A stretch of 63,955 nucleotides of DNA, counting the filler, from Bonamia ostreae (Eukaryota), in NCBI GenBank assembly GCA_040357525.1. It is 24 parts of 24 records of this genome, joined end to end, with 100 filler letters (N's around TTAATTAATTAA, not from the genome) between each part and the next. Parts side by side here need not be neighbours in the genome. Positions count along the whole stretch, not along the records: positions 24,204 to 26,772 come from JBDODL010000770.1; positions 26,873 to 29,441 come from JBDODL010000771.1; positions 29,542 to 32,108 come from JBDODL010000772.1; positions 32,209 to 34,771 come from JBDODL010000773.1; positions 34,872 to 37,433 come from JBDODL010000774.1; positions 37,534 to 40,092 come from JBDODL010000775.1; 18 more parts are not named here. One strand, given 5' to 3'. The notes below the pieces were generated by a model. That model did not search any database and was not told the DNA's origin. It saw only the letters and a list, made by a program, of their open reading frames with translations. Below are positions 25,690 through 38,242 of the stretch, in pieces. Made by a program: the position numbers and the translations under genes. Each line of letters starts with the position of its first letter. Position 1 is the first letter of the stretch.

Positions 25690-26685
25690 CTAATTAAATT
25701 TACTGAAAAAGTGCCTTAAATCCAACACGACAACAGTGATATTATCTGTTGAAGCTTCGTTGAATGCGAGCAATCCGAGTTCCCAAGCGGCTTGATTCAT
25801 GTCTTTCGCGTAGAAGGCATCGGATTTCAAGATCGTCTTCGAAGCCGTTTTATTGTCGATGACATCCCAAACACCGTCAGTGGCGAGAATCAAAAACGAG
25901 TCCTCTTTTAATTACGCGAAAACCTTTTTTTAAATCTATCGATTTTATTTCCGGGTCGCAAATCGCGTACTTTTTAAATTCTATATCTCCTAATGCTCTC
26001 GACACAGCTAGTTTCCCTTCTATCCTCCTTTTTGTGAAAATGTACATATACAAACCAAGTACCAAAACTGTAAGAGACACGGCCGCCGAGACTCGAAATT
26101 CTTTTGAATTCGTCAAATTTGCCAGCTTTGTGGTCATTCGAAAGGGGTTCACTGGCTCCACCTTTTTTTACAAGAACCGCCCTCGAATCGCCCGTGTTTG
26201 CTATATACAATGTTTTTTCTGCAACAACGGATACCAACAACGTTGTACCATCCCTTAACTTTCTTTTTCTCGCAATTTCGAGGAATCGCTCGTCCAACTA
26301 ACAGAATTAAATTGAATTCGCAAACGTTGTGAAAAGTGGAAGACAACGCTTCTTTAATGCTGTTGCAGTTGCTCAATTCTTTTTTGAATTCCTGTACAAA
26401 TCTTCCAGACACGAATTTCGCTGTGCTAATTCCGCCATGTCCATCCAACACTCCTGCGACGAAGATTGATTGTTCGCCATGTTTGAATTCTCCGCTGAAA
26501 TGGTCGTCTTCCATTGTGGACCTTCTGCCCCTCATCGAGGCTATTCCAGTTATTGAACCGAAACTCGAAATTTTGTGTTTATAAAAAGCGCTTGTTTTGT
26601 TCGTTAAAAACTTTCGTGTCAGTATAAAATAAAAAGCGACGGATGAAGATATGAGAATGCCGAGAAGAGTAATTATGGCCGGCAT
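25690..26685 (-). CDS. PP2C (PPM) phosphatase with N-terminal membrane anchor (PPM1L-like)
   Basis: GRRSTMED, DGHGG, ANTGDSRAV, LAVSRALGD, LATDGVWDV, STDNITV; introns 26298-26325, 26028-26055 and 25905-25923. Confidence 0.93.
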
Positions 26686-26911
26686 CTGATCCTATTTTAT
26701 TTGTTGGGTTTAATTATGCGAATATTAATTTTGCCGTTTGTTTTTACTATATACCAATTGCGCGATTTTAAGNNNNNNNNNNNNNNNNNNNNNNNNNNNN
26801 NNNNNNNNNNNNNNNNTTAATTAATTAANNNNNNNNNNNNNNNNNNNNNNNNNNNNNNNNNNNNNNNNNNNNCAAATAAACACGAAAAATTTGCAAAATC
26901 AACAACGATAT

Positions 26912-28223
26912 TTAATACACCATAAGATACGTTTTTCTGCACAAAATACAGTCTACGTACCCCTTCATAAAATCTTCAAACCTGTTTGTTGAATGATAAA
27001 AAAACTCTTCGTCATCTCCTTCAGACTTATCCTTCAGAAATTCAACGTCGCTACAATCTTTATGTGCGTCTAAGTCAATTCTTTTTGTTGGATCTACTTC
27101 CAGACAACTGTCTATAAACTTTGCTGCAGCAATGTGATTTTCATCTTTTTTCGTGCCAGTTTTGTACCTTCTCACAATAGTCAGACTCATTAATTTCTCT
27201 TCATTATTTGAATCCTTATTCTTTTCAAATAATTTCTCATTTGCTGATTTTTTAGTAAGAATTTTTGACAACATGTTGCCCACAGAAAACCAATCTGATC
27301 TATCGGAAAATTCGCCCTTAACTTGTTCGGGCGCTTCATTAAAATTTCATTAAAATTTGAAATATTCAAATTTGAAAATGTTTAGAAAATAAAAATGGTA
27401 ACCCATGTATTTGAGCGATCCCATTGTATCACGAATTAAATTAGAATCAAGAAATTCGCTTGAGTCAAAATCAATAAGTTTGATATTTCCATCAAAGTCG
27501 ACCATGATATTAGCTGGTTTGAGGTCCAAATAAGCAATATTATTTTCGTGTAGAAACTTAAGCGCGTCTACCAATCTTTCAATAAAAACGCCTTTTTGTT
27601 GTAAAAATTAATTTTTTGTTGTAAAATCGTTGTTCTTTTATTGCGAGATAAAATAAAAACGGGCTATTCTTAAACTCATTTTACTCACCAAATCGCTATT
27701 TTGATAAAAATTAAAAGTTGAAATTGCAGTTTTATATAAAAAACTCACAATCGCATAACAAATATTCTTCGAAGATGAAAGTATATTCGTCTGTTTCCAT
27801 TTGGTGCTCACACTTCACGATACCTCTGTTAGGGCCCGCATTATCCAAAATTTTGAAGATTTCGAGTTCAATTCCCTGATAAAATGCTGGATCTTTTTTT
27901 ACAACTTTCAACGCAAAATGTTTGTTTGATCGATTTATAACTTTTGTATCCATTATTATTATCTTTTTAACAAAATAACGGTACCAAATTTTAATTTTCC
28001 GCCTCCGAAAAAAGCGCATTGTGGGAAAATTTGGAATAAAAAAATAACCATGGAAGATTTTAACTCTACCCGATTTACATACATCAATAAGATCCTCGAC
28101 TTCAAAATCTGAAAGAGTAGCCGTGCAGTCTTTGTGGTATTTTGTTGAAAAAGAGCATTTCGTTTCGTTTAATATTCTTTCTGGAATATCTAATATTTCT
28201 ACCAAAGTTTCTTCCGAATCCAT
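26912..28223 (-). CDS. Ser/Thr protein kinase, non-RD, divergent
   Basis: FALKVV, YLDLKPANIM, KLIDFD, GSLKYM-APEQ (after splicing), SDWFSVG, DPTKRI. Confidence 0.85.
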
Positions 28224-28386
28224 ATTCTAAGGTTTGTACAAGTCTTTGTTCTATGATTTACAATAAAATTATATAAACCTTTATTTTTTATAAACAAAAA
28301 AATTATTTCCTCAATTATTTCGATCTTTACTTGAATTTCAGAAATTTCCAGTTTGTCAATTGTTATTGCATAAATTTCCGGTTCCT

Positions 28387-29441
28387 TTATGATTTCAGAA
28401 ATGATTTTTTGTTTTGTGTTTTCGTATTTAGATACGATTTAAGAAATGATCTTTTGAAGTGTTTTTGAGCATCGTTGAAAAGAATGGAACAAACCGATAT
28501 GTAACAGAATATTGTCAAAATTCTATAAAAATCTAACGATGTCGTTTGAGATATAATTGAATGTTGTATCAAATACAAAAACACAAATTAAAGTTATTCA
28601 AGCCATTTTTAAAATTATTTTTCAAGGACATGTCGATTTTATAAACGATATCAGAACAAATTTTTGACAGTTTTAAGAAAAAGAAAATGTCATAGAAAAC
28701 GAGGATGCGAAGATTTGCAACAAAAATTATTAAAAAATCATAGAAATATTGAATATGTACATTAAAAATTTTTGTGCTTTTTAATTAAAAACGACGGAAG
28801 AACACTTTCAATTTTGATTGTCGCTGGATTCTATACGATCAATATTTAACTAAAAAAACATCTTTATACTTGGCAACGAGTTTACGAACTAAAGGTGACA
28901 TTTTGTGGTGAGAGAGAACACTTTTTATTTTTCTGAACTGGTAAAATTTTATTTCTTTCGAACGACTTTGTTCAATTATTTCTTCGATCTGGTTTCTCAG
29001 TTTTGCAATTGTCTCGTTGTTTAAAGAACAAAGGAAATTGTTGAAATAATTCACGTCTAATAAGAACATTAGGAACAATGGATCGTTTGTATGATTTACA
29101 ATCAATTGCAGTTTTTCGGGATGGTTTGTCGTCAATATCTGTTTAAATGAAAATGGCAAATGATTTGTGCAATAATCTTGAAAAAATTATATCTGAAAAT
29201 GCCAAATAACAATGTAAAAACTCTGCAAATATATCTGACAGACGGATAAAAGCAACTGGAAAAGACGTCATCTTTTATCATTAGATCGATAAATGGTTTT
29301 GACGATTGCAATTTCAAAAAAGCAGAGATAACTTTGCAGCCGTGATAACTGCCAATTATTTGCTTGTAATTTTCAAATATCGATTTTTGAATCGTTTTTG
29401 TGTTGTTTTTTGATATTTTTGAAAATAATAACTAAATTTGT
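28387..29441 (-). CDS. Hypothetical multi-exon protein (partial)
   Basis: Several overlapping minus-strand ORFs; no family recognised. Confidence 0.3.
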
Positions 29442-31951
29442 NNNNNNNNNNNNNNNNNNNNNNNNNNNNNNNNNNNNNNNNNNNNTTAATTAATTAANNN
29501 NNNNNNNNNNNNNNNNNNNNNNNNNNNNNNNNNNNNNNNNNTGTATGTCAGAAGATCATGACGTTTTAGGTAAATTTTCTACGAACCCACTATTTTAACT
29601 CCTAAAGAAAATATTAACTGCCGTGAAGGATTAATTCAAAATGTAACTTGGCTAAACGTACTAGTCTTAAGAAATGTAAAGAACGTTGAGTAAATCTGAA
29701 ATTGAAAACCTTTCCAAAAAAACAGCATTAAAAGTTAGGAGTTTTCAACACTTCAGTACACTTCTATACCTCACAATACCATAAGGGGGGGGGGGGTGAT
29801 GTCATAGACAAATGTTTCAATATTCCTACTCCGTTCTTCCTTTGTGATGAATCATCCAAAAACAACTTTGTTAAACATCATTCAGACTATACTCATTGTA
29901 TATTCTAAGACAAAGATTTGTGATTTACAGATCTTGGACATCGCTGAGATTGCTTATTGTTCATTACATTCACCTTTCATCAAAACAGATATAAATTAAA
30001 TATAATAGGGATGCATTACACACTATGTCCATATATTTGCAGCATAATCACGGTATGAAAACATATTTCTTTGTGTTTCCAAATGAAAAATATTAAGCGT
30101 TGACACATTGAATAAAATATTGGGTAGACGTAATTTCCTCTGATGATTTTAGATTTTTGAAAATTTGAAAATTGATTATAATATCCGTCAAATATTTCCT
30201 GATTAGATTATCTTTTGAAGTTTTTATTAAAACAAAACTGGTGTGACAACGTATAACGGGACTTAGACCATTGTTCCCATTTTCAAAAGAAAAGTGTGGG
30301 AGTGGAAGGGAGATTGAAAATGACCCCAGTAAGGATTAAAAGTTACAAATATCATTGAAATTATTACTTTTGTTAGTTACTATTTACTGCCATAATTTTG
30401 AAAATCTTTACTTGCTATGACTATGTTCTACTGAAGTCAAACGTTTTGAGATTAATCATTGATTGATATCTTCACTGTTTAAAATATTTGCGATTAAACA
30501 GATACATTGCTTAGATGTTATCTTAGCGTACCTGATTCCAATTTGATTTTTCAAATTAGTTTACTTCTCGTGAGCAATGAAATCCCAGATCACTTCCCGT
30601 TCTCAATATTCCAGTTGTCTTGTTATTTTAAAAAAAAATGTTACGGACATCAAAAACAAAAATTACTCTATAAGATGTAGAATTAGCGCAATTTGAGCAT
30701 TCTATATCAGATTTGGGAAGTCTACCGAAACCCACTCATAATGCGAACAATCTATAATTAACGACGAATCTCCTTGGTGGTGGGATTTGGTTGAATAAGT
30801 CATTTCTAGTTTTACCATACTCAACTGAAATTATACTTTTGAAAAAATGGGGGATAAGAAAAAGAGTGTTGTAAGATTCAAGACGAAAACACGATACATC
30901 TTTGATGAAAATCATCACAATGAGTTTGTTGATAAACGTTATTTCTAAATAAAGTCAAAGAAACAGGAAATCAAAAAATCATGTAGGGTTATGTGAATAT
31001 ATCTACCGGATATCTCTGAGGAGGTAAAAGTCTTCTTACACACTAAAATGTTAGAATTGATCAAATTCATATACGAGGAGTTTCATGTAATGAATATTCT
31101 ACTTATTTTGCTCATTATTCAGAAAAATATTTTTGTGAAAAACAGTTAATATCTGTCAATTTGAATGATACGTAATTATCGCCTGGTGTATGAATAATAT
31201 TATTTGAAATTCGGCTTCACTATAAGGGCTTAATGCGTTACACTTATGATGCTTTAGGCTTGAATCTTGGCTTGGCTTTTGAATCTCGTTATTTGGTGTA
31301 AACATGTTATTTAAAAACGATTTACACATACTGAAGTCACAAATGATAAAAAATACAATGTTTAAGTAAATCTCTAACATCATGTTGCAGTCCATAACTG
31401 TGAATATCTCAATATCAATCGCATATTTTTCTTAATCAGTCAAATACTAACGTTCTAATCCGGCACAAAGCTAAACCTTTAGTAACATACAATTTGGCAA
31501 ATTGTCACCTCGTCCAAATAAACTTTAACAGAAGCCAATTACTTTGTGTTAATCAGCGCGCACATTACGCATCACTGCTATGCGATGCATAATGAAATGT
31601 TGACGAAAATTTGCAGAATCTGAAAATTCGAAGTTTTGCAGTAGATTTCACATTGTTGAATAACCTTTTGCTTACCTACTTTACTGCTATATATTTTTCG
31701 TAAAGTTTCATTTGCCAACAAGTTATTTGTACGAGTATTTCTTCTTGCTTTTATTTTTTAAATTGTTACTATTAGATTTTTTTTTTTTACAATTACGCAA
31801 AGACTTTCTGCATAAATTCCAGGGTTCTTATTGTGCTAACGCCTATTGTGGCAGGGATCTTTTAGCTAACAAAATCGTGATTACCATTTCTGAAGCTGGG
31901 CACTTGGTATAGAAAATGTCGCTACCTACGTTAAATACCGTAAGTTAGAGG

Positions 31952-32030
31952 CGAATTCAGGATCGAGAATCGAACCCCAAACCTCACAGTTGCACATGGA
32001 ACGTCCTCACCACAAGACTACCGCTACTGG
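31952..32030 (-). mobile_element. tRNA-derived SINE head with A/B boxes
   Basis: Reverse complement CCAGTAGCGGTAGTCTTGTGGTGAGG...GGGGTTCGATTCTCG; same family as 2761. Confidence 0.55.
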
Positions 32031-32461
32031 TAAAACAGAAAGATTGAAGAGGTAATTTAGAACGTAGTCTGATCGTTTAGTCTAAGTTCTGTTTGTGCGC
32101 CCTCTACANNNNNNNNNNNNNNNNNNNNNNNNNNNNNNNNNNNNNNNNNNNNTTAATTAATTAANNNNNNNNNNNNNNNNNNNNNNNNNNNNNNNNNNNN
32201 NNNNNNNNTGTCATTAAAAAAATCGATTTTAAAAAACGTCAAAATTTACTTTCAGTATTCGATAAATATGTTCGAAAAATAGATTTTCAAAGCAAATTTT
32301 ACTTTTTATAAAAAATCTATTTCCGTTTTCCCACAAAAAGTAAATTTCCAAAACAAAAAAAATTAGCGACAACGATTTTAAAATGAGCGCCAACGGCAAA
32401 ACAAAAACGGAGAACGATTTTACAATTTTAAAAAAATGCGATTATCGACAAAAATTGCAGA

Positions 32462-33821
32462 TTATTTATTCGATATTTGAATAAACGGAGGAAATCCACT
32501 GAAAACACGAATCGATCTTCCAAACGTCGATTTTAAATAAACATTCTTAATATATTTCTTTTTGCTCACTTTTTCCGGTTTCAGCTGCAAAATCTTTTCA
32601 CTCGCTTTTCTTTAAATTTGGGATTAAAAAATATGGCAAACTTTATATTGTCAGTCAATTTCTGGTCACACATCGAAAACTAAATTTAAAATGATAAATT
32701 TTAATTGATTTAAACAGTTCCAACTGCGAAGGATGCGATTGATAATCTTTTGGTGTGAAAAGTGACAAGTTTGGAGGTGGCGTTTTTTATGGTCTCTTCC
32801 AAGTTGTCATCTAAAACTAAAGTTTTCATATTTCTGTTTGGAATTTTCCCGCTCATTCCCAGCTTCCTCGCGATGGGAGGGAGTAGGCCCATTCCTTTTG
32901 CTGTTGCTACTACAAAATTTACTTTTTTCAGATTTTCTTCGTCGTTGAGCTTTTTGTCGATTTTTTTGTTTTTAGTTGTAAAAAACATTTTTTTCGTTTT
33001 TTTTTTCGTTTTAAGCTGTAAAAACATTTTTTTCGTTTTTTTGTTTTAAGTTTAAAAAAAACATTTTTTTTGATGTTTTTAGTTGTAAAAAACATTTTTT
33101 TCGTTTTTTTGTTTTAAGTTCTAAAAAAACATTTTTTCGTTTTGTCGTTTTAAGTTGTAAAAAACATTTTTTTGTTTTAAGTTTAAAAAAACATTTTTTT
33201 GTTTTGTTGTTTTAAGTTGTAAAAAAACATTTTTTGTTTTGTCGTTTTAAGTTGTAAAAAACATTTTTTTGTTTTGTCGTTTTAAGTTGTAAAAAACATT
33301 TTTTTGTTTTTTTGTTTTAATTTGGAAAAAAGATGATAATGAAAAAGGGAAGGAATAAGAACATAATCGATAGTTTTCTGAGAGCCAGCTACGATGGGAT
33401 TAGCTTTAAGTGCTATCTCGACTTCATCTTCAGCGCACAAGACGGCGACATTCTTCTTGATACCGTGATCGTGTGTAAGGAGAATTCCTGCTCTTATGAT
33501 TTGGTTGCTGTTCCGAGGATCGAGGTTTAAAATATATTTTATCTGCAAAAATTGGCAAAAATTAAAATTTGGAACTTCTAGTGATTCTCCTTTGTTCGGA
33601 GCAAGTCTCCGCGCATATTTGACGGCATCGACTAAATGCATTTTTTTCAAAGGGAATTTTTTATTCAAAAATTTCCTTTGTTCCAAATTTATCTGTGGAC
33701 CGAATTTCGGTTTCGCTGAATTTTCGTTTTCCGCGTTTAGTTTGATAAATCTCGGAAATTTTTGCATAATTTTACGCAATTTCGGTTTTTCCTTATAAAA
33801 TCCATTTCTAATTTTAATCAT
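32462..33821 (-). CDS. MRPL1: Mitochondrial ribosomal protein uL1m
   Basis: LNLDPRNSNQIIR, VVATAKGM..L..IARKLG..GKIPN and KPE..KYIKNVYLKSTFG (spliced C-terminus, stop at 32462); several GT-AG introns including in-frame 33543-33575. Confidence 0.85.
32970..33320. repeat. Intronic minisatellite, about 30-nt unit, about 10 copies
   Basis: Repeats of GTTTTAAGTTGTAAAAAACATTTTTTT inside the uL1m intron. Confidence 0.9.
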
Positions 33822-34057
33822 TTTAGTTTTCGATTATATAATTACTTTTGTTTAATTGAGCTTTATTTATTAACAGGATTATTTGTTATAACAATAAATC
33901 TGAAAATTTATGCACCGCACTGTACTGTCATTATAAATTTTACAAGTTTTCGAATTCATTTTTACTTTTTGTTATAAATTTTAATAAGCTTATTCATATA
34001 ATATTTATACTCAAAATATCTAGTTTGTAAGCTTATACCGCCATTATTTGTCAAAAA

Positions 34058-34518
34058 ATGAAGTTGCGTACAAGAAAACAGATTAGAGAAAACGAGGAGA
34101 AAATTTATTTACTGCGAAACAGAAAAATTCACGTCGACAAAGTTCAAATTTTGCAAAACTTAAAAATGGCATTAAAATATTCTATTTCGAAAATCATTTT
34201 AAAACAGTTCAAAAAACCGTAAATCCGTATAAAAAGAAAAAGATGTCCGGCAAAAATGTTCCAGTGGCGGCACTTAAAATCAGGTCGCAAAACGAATTGT
34301 TATCCTCGAAAGGCAAAGAACGCCTCCACAAGAAAACTCCTTTAAAGGAAACTAACGAAAAAGTCAAACCGCCCAAATTTTCCAAAAAATTGAATTTGAG
34401 TCAAAACAAAAATTTTGAGCGAAAAAGTAAAAAGTTGCGTGAGCGAAGTTTCGAAAGAGATATTTTAGGCACTTCAATTGCTATTCCATTATGTGATGTT
34501 ATCGACAGTTTTTTATAA
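34058..34518 (+). CDS. Hypothetical basic protein (3' truncated)
   Basis: ATG 34058 exon plus the 34243-34518 ORF, followed by a repeat-filled intron. Confidence 0.35.
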
Positions 34519-34519
34519 A

Positions 34520-34771
34520 GTTGAAAAATTTTATTTAAATACGAATAAATTTTTTTTAAAAAACGAAAAAAAATATTTATTAAAAAAGAATATTTTATTA
34601 AAAAAAGATGAAAAAACTTTACTAAAAAATGAAAAATGTTTTATTAAAAAAGAAAATTTTTTTATTAAAGATGAAAAAAAATATTTATTAAAAAGAATAT
34701 TTTATTAAAAAAAGACGAAAAAACTTTACTAAAAAATGAAAAATGTTTTATTAAAAAAGAAAATTTTTTTA
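34520..34771. repeat. Tandem duplication, about 120-nt unit
   Basis: AAAAAATATTTATTAAAAAGAATATTTTATTAAAAAAGA...CTTTACTAAAAAATGAAAAATG present twice. Confidence 0.8.
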
Positions 34772-34874
34772 NNNNNNNNNNNNNNNNNNNNNNNNNNNNN
34801 NNNNNNNNNNNNNNNTTAATTAATTAANNNNNNNNNNNNNNNNNNNNNNNNNNNNNNNNNNNNNNNNNNNNTAT

Positions 34875-35866
34875 TTAACAGCAAAAAATTTGATAATATT
34901 TAACAACAAAAAATTGATAAAAAAAATGTAAAAATAAAAACGATTTCGAAGGAAAAAAAGCTAATTTTTGTTTCAGAGAATTTGGAGTATAAAGTTGAAA
35001 AGAATTCCAAAAATTTGTCGAAAATATTTTTTGGGAGATTTGGGCAATTGTCAAAAGCTTTTTCGAGAATGTAAATGCAAAGAATTGAATTATCAACACT
35101 TTCGACATAAAGAGCCGTCGAAACTGTTGCGATAAGACTTGAAATCGTTTCTACTTTTATCTTTTCAAGTTTGAAAATGTAAAATATTAAAATTCGCTTT
35201 TTGTAATTTTGTAAAAATGGTCAATAAAATTATGAAAAATATTAAAATTCGCTTTTTGTAATTTTGTAAAAATGGACAATGTCAAAATTTCGAAAAAGTA
35301 AAATTGCAAAAATAATATTAAAATTCGCTTTTTGCAATTTTGTCAAAATGGTCAATGTCAAAATTGCGAAAAAGTAAAATTACAAAAAAATATTAAAATT
35401 CGCTTTTTGCAATTTTGTCAAAATGGTCAATGTCAAAATTGCGAAAAAGTAAAATTACAAAAATAATATTAAAATTCGCTTTTTGCAATTTTGTTAAAAT
35501 GGTCAATGTCAAAATTGCGAAAAAGTAAAATTACAAAAAAAATATTAAAATTTTTGCAGTTTTGTTAAAATGATCAATGTCAAAATTACTAAAAAGTACA
35601 AATATCGCAATAATTAAAAAAACGATCTCGAAAGAAAATTTGCTAAAAAATATAAAAATTTTGGATCGAATGTTTGCGTAAAGTGGGCTTGAAAGAGTAT
35701 GTTCTTTCAACAAAAAGTTGGTGAATTCTGGCAACATGTGCATCAAAACATAAGAATCGCTGTTGTGTGATATTTGAATTTCTTTGATCAATGAACACAT
35801 AAAAGCGTAAAGATTTTGCGGATCTGAAATTATTTTTGACCAAATAAAAATTTGTAGAAATGACAT
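34875..35866 (-). CDS. Hypothetical protein interrupted by a repeat-filled intron
   Basis: ATG 35866 exon and a downstream exon flank the 35180-35600 repeat array. Confidence 0.35.
35180..35600. repeat. Intronic minisatellite, about 70-nt unit, about 6 copies
   Basis: ATATTAAAATTCGCTTTTTGCAATTTTGTCAAAATGGTCAATGTCAAAATTGCGAAAAAGTAAAATT repeated. Confidence 0.92.
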
Positions 35867-36133
35867 TAATAAAAAAAATGTTAAAATTGTAAAATGGCTA
35901 AATTTTAAAATTGTTAAATTTTACTGTTTTCGCAAAGTCGAAATTCTTTTATAATGTTTGAATATGTTTGCATTTGTGTGATATTCTGTGCGTGTTCAAT
36001 TTTAAATTTGCTAATATCAAATTTAATAATTTTTACGTAATTATATAACAATCATCTATAAAATAAAGCTCACAAAACAGCTTTAACATGTTAACACAAA
36101 ATCATATAATTTGGAAGTTTAGCCATTCACAAA

Positions 36134-36953
36134 ATGGAAATAGAAAAAATAATAGAGCAACCAATTAACAATCAAGAAAACATCATCACAGAAAGAAAAG
36201 CTAATTTTTTGATTGAAAAATTAGCAATGCTAAAATTAAAAAAACGATTTTTGAGCGATATTATGTACAAAAACAAATCAGATATTGTCAAATTACGTAA
36301 AAATTTTTTTTTATTTTTTGTAAAATTGCAAATAATCAAATTAACAAGAAAAAACAAATAAACAAAAAACGCCAAAATTGCAGAAAAAGGCCAAACAATT
36401 TTTAACGAGAAGAATCGACACTCTGATTTCTCAAGTCCAACATGAATACAACAACTTCAAAAAACTGGAACAAAATATTAACTCGAAAAAATCAAAAATG
36501 GAGCGATTTTTAAATTTCTGTGAAGCGACCGAAAAAAGTCTCGCGGAAATGGACAAAAACGAGTACAGAGATCCAAACAGCAATTCGAAAAAATTAGAAG
36601 AAAAATCGCCGATTGAGCGCTGCAAATCGATTTTGGAAAGGCAAAATTTTTTGATCGAAAAAATAGAGAAAAATCTCAATTTTCCTAAAATTGATTTTAC
36701 AGAAGATTTTAACGATTTGGAAAAAGAAGTTAAAATTGAAAATTTGAAAAAAGCGATTCAAAGTTTTCAGGCGATTTTTGGTCTAAAAATGGAAAATTTT
36801 GAAAATGGAAAATTGAAAGTTTTTGGAGAAAATGGAAATCTGTTCAAATTGTTCGAGGAAAAAAATAAGATTTTTGTTGAGAATGAAAAATTTGGAAAAT
36901 TTTCATGTGACGATTTTGTCTCGTTGTTGTTGTCTGATATCAAGAAATTTTAG
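36134..36953 (+). CDS. Coiled-coil protein with small globular C-terminus (possibly Spc25/kinetochore RWD-like)
   Basis: Long heptad region followed by FQAIFGLKME...LKVF...FVSLLLSDIKKF; intron about 36287-36383. Family assignment is weak. Confidence 0.45.
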
Positions 36954-37648
36954 TAAATAACAAAAACATTTTCAATTTTTTAAATATCGCTTCGAAAATT
37001 TTAAACTTTTTCTAAAAATATTAGTTTTTAATAAAAATTTGATAACAAAGCATCCACAAAAAATGGTCGATAATGTGATCGTTCGATATAAAATGATATT
37101 TAAAAATTTTATTAAATTTGCTTTTTTGGCGATAACTCGAACAATTTTTTCTATTTTGTCCAAATTTTTGACTGTCTTAACAAATTTGAAAAAATGGTTT
37201 GAAAATTATTTCAAAATTTTTTTTATTGGACAAAATATGAAATCGCAAAAACGGGTTGCAAATAGTTCTTCATTCGATGAAAGTGAGTTTTCTGATAGTT
37301 TTCTGATAAAAATATTTAGTGTCTTGTGAAAAATGCAAAAATTCGTCTGATGAAATTTATGATCTTAAAAACGACCTTCTTTTTAAAAAATTTGATTGTT
37401 ACAAAAGCAGGAAAATGTACTTAAAGAGCAAAGNNNNNNNNNNNNNNNNNNNNNNNNNNNNNNNNNNNNNNNNNNNNTTAATTAATTAANNNNNNNNNNN
37501 NNNNNNNNNNNNNNNNNNNNNNNNNNNNNNNNNTGCTAAGCCAAGCACAAACTCGATTATTTGAAAAAAGAAGGTTTGGAAAATTTAACAATAATACAAT
37601 AGTACAATAGTACAAAAAACCAAATTCGATCTTAATATAAAACTAATC

Positions 37649-37879
37649 ATGTTGTTGGATGTCCTCAATATTGTTATTCCGATAGCGTTTATTTGCATGT
37701 GCTATTTTCCCTGTTATTTGATCGGTAGGAACCATACAGAAAACATTTGCGGGGCCTGGATTGTTGGTGCCATGGCAATCATTGAATGTCAACATAACTT
37801 TTTCTGTGTTTGGAAAAGATCGGAAGAGAAATATGAAAAAAAGAGACTTTTGGGTAAGACTAAAACTTACATCTATTGA
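37649..37879 (+). CDS. Small two-TM membrane protein
   Basis: 76-aa ATG ORF with two hydrophobic segments and a basic tail. Confidence 0.4.
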   Translation: MLLDVLNIVIPIAFICMCYFPCYLIGRNHTENICGAWIVGAMAIIECQHNFFCVWKRSEEKYEKKRLLGKTKTYIY

Positions 37880-38242
37880 TAAATAGCTTCTTAAAATGTA
37901 TTTTTATTTGTGAATTTTTTCTTTATAACTTTTTTTTGATTCGATATGTTGATACTTCCTATTGTTTCTTGATTTTTCTTCAACACTTTTTCGATATGTT
38001 GGTTCTATATCAATCTAATTATTATTATTTTAAAATTTTTCGATTTCTGTGGAAGTTAAAATTATGATTTCAGGGAAAATGTGAACGATTTAAATAATGA
38101 TCTGTAAATTTTGGTAAAGAATGTTGAAGCCAGAAAATTCGAAAATTAAACTCAGTTGCAACAAAATCTTAACAAATATTGATGGCGAAAATTTAATGTG
38201 AAAATATTTTTCAAAAAAGTTTTGTAAAATAAGTGAAAATAT

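Noticed and set aside
25690-26685. Alternative genetic code, programmed frameshifts or pseudogenisation explaining fragmented ORFs
   Set aside because: The breaks examined in conserved genes are resolved by short introns. TAA, TAG and TGA all serve as terminal stops (uL1m TAA, CNB-like TAG, RPS14 TGA).
31952-32030. tRNA gene
   Set aside because: A/B boxes are present but I could not fold a convincing cloverleaf, and it matches the SINE head elsewhere.
35180-35600. Tandem arrays as CRISPR
   Set aside because: Head-to-tail AT-rich units with no unique spacers and no cas genes, located inside eukaryotic introns.
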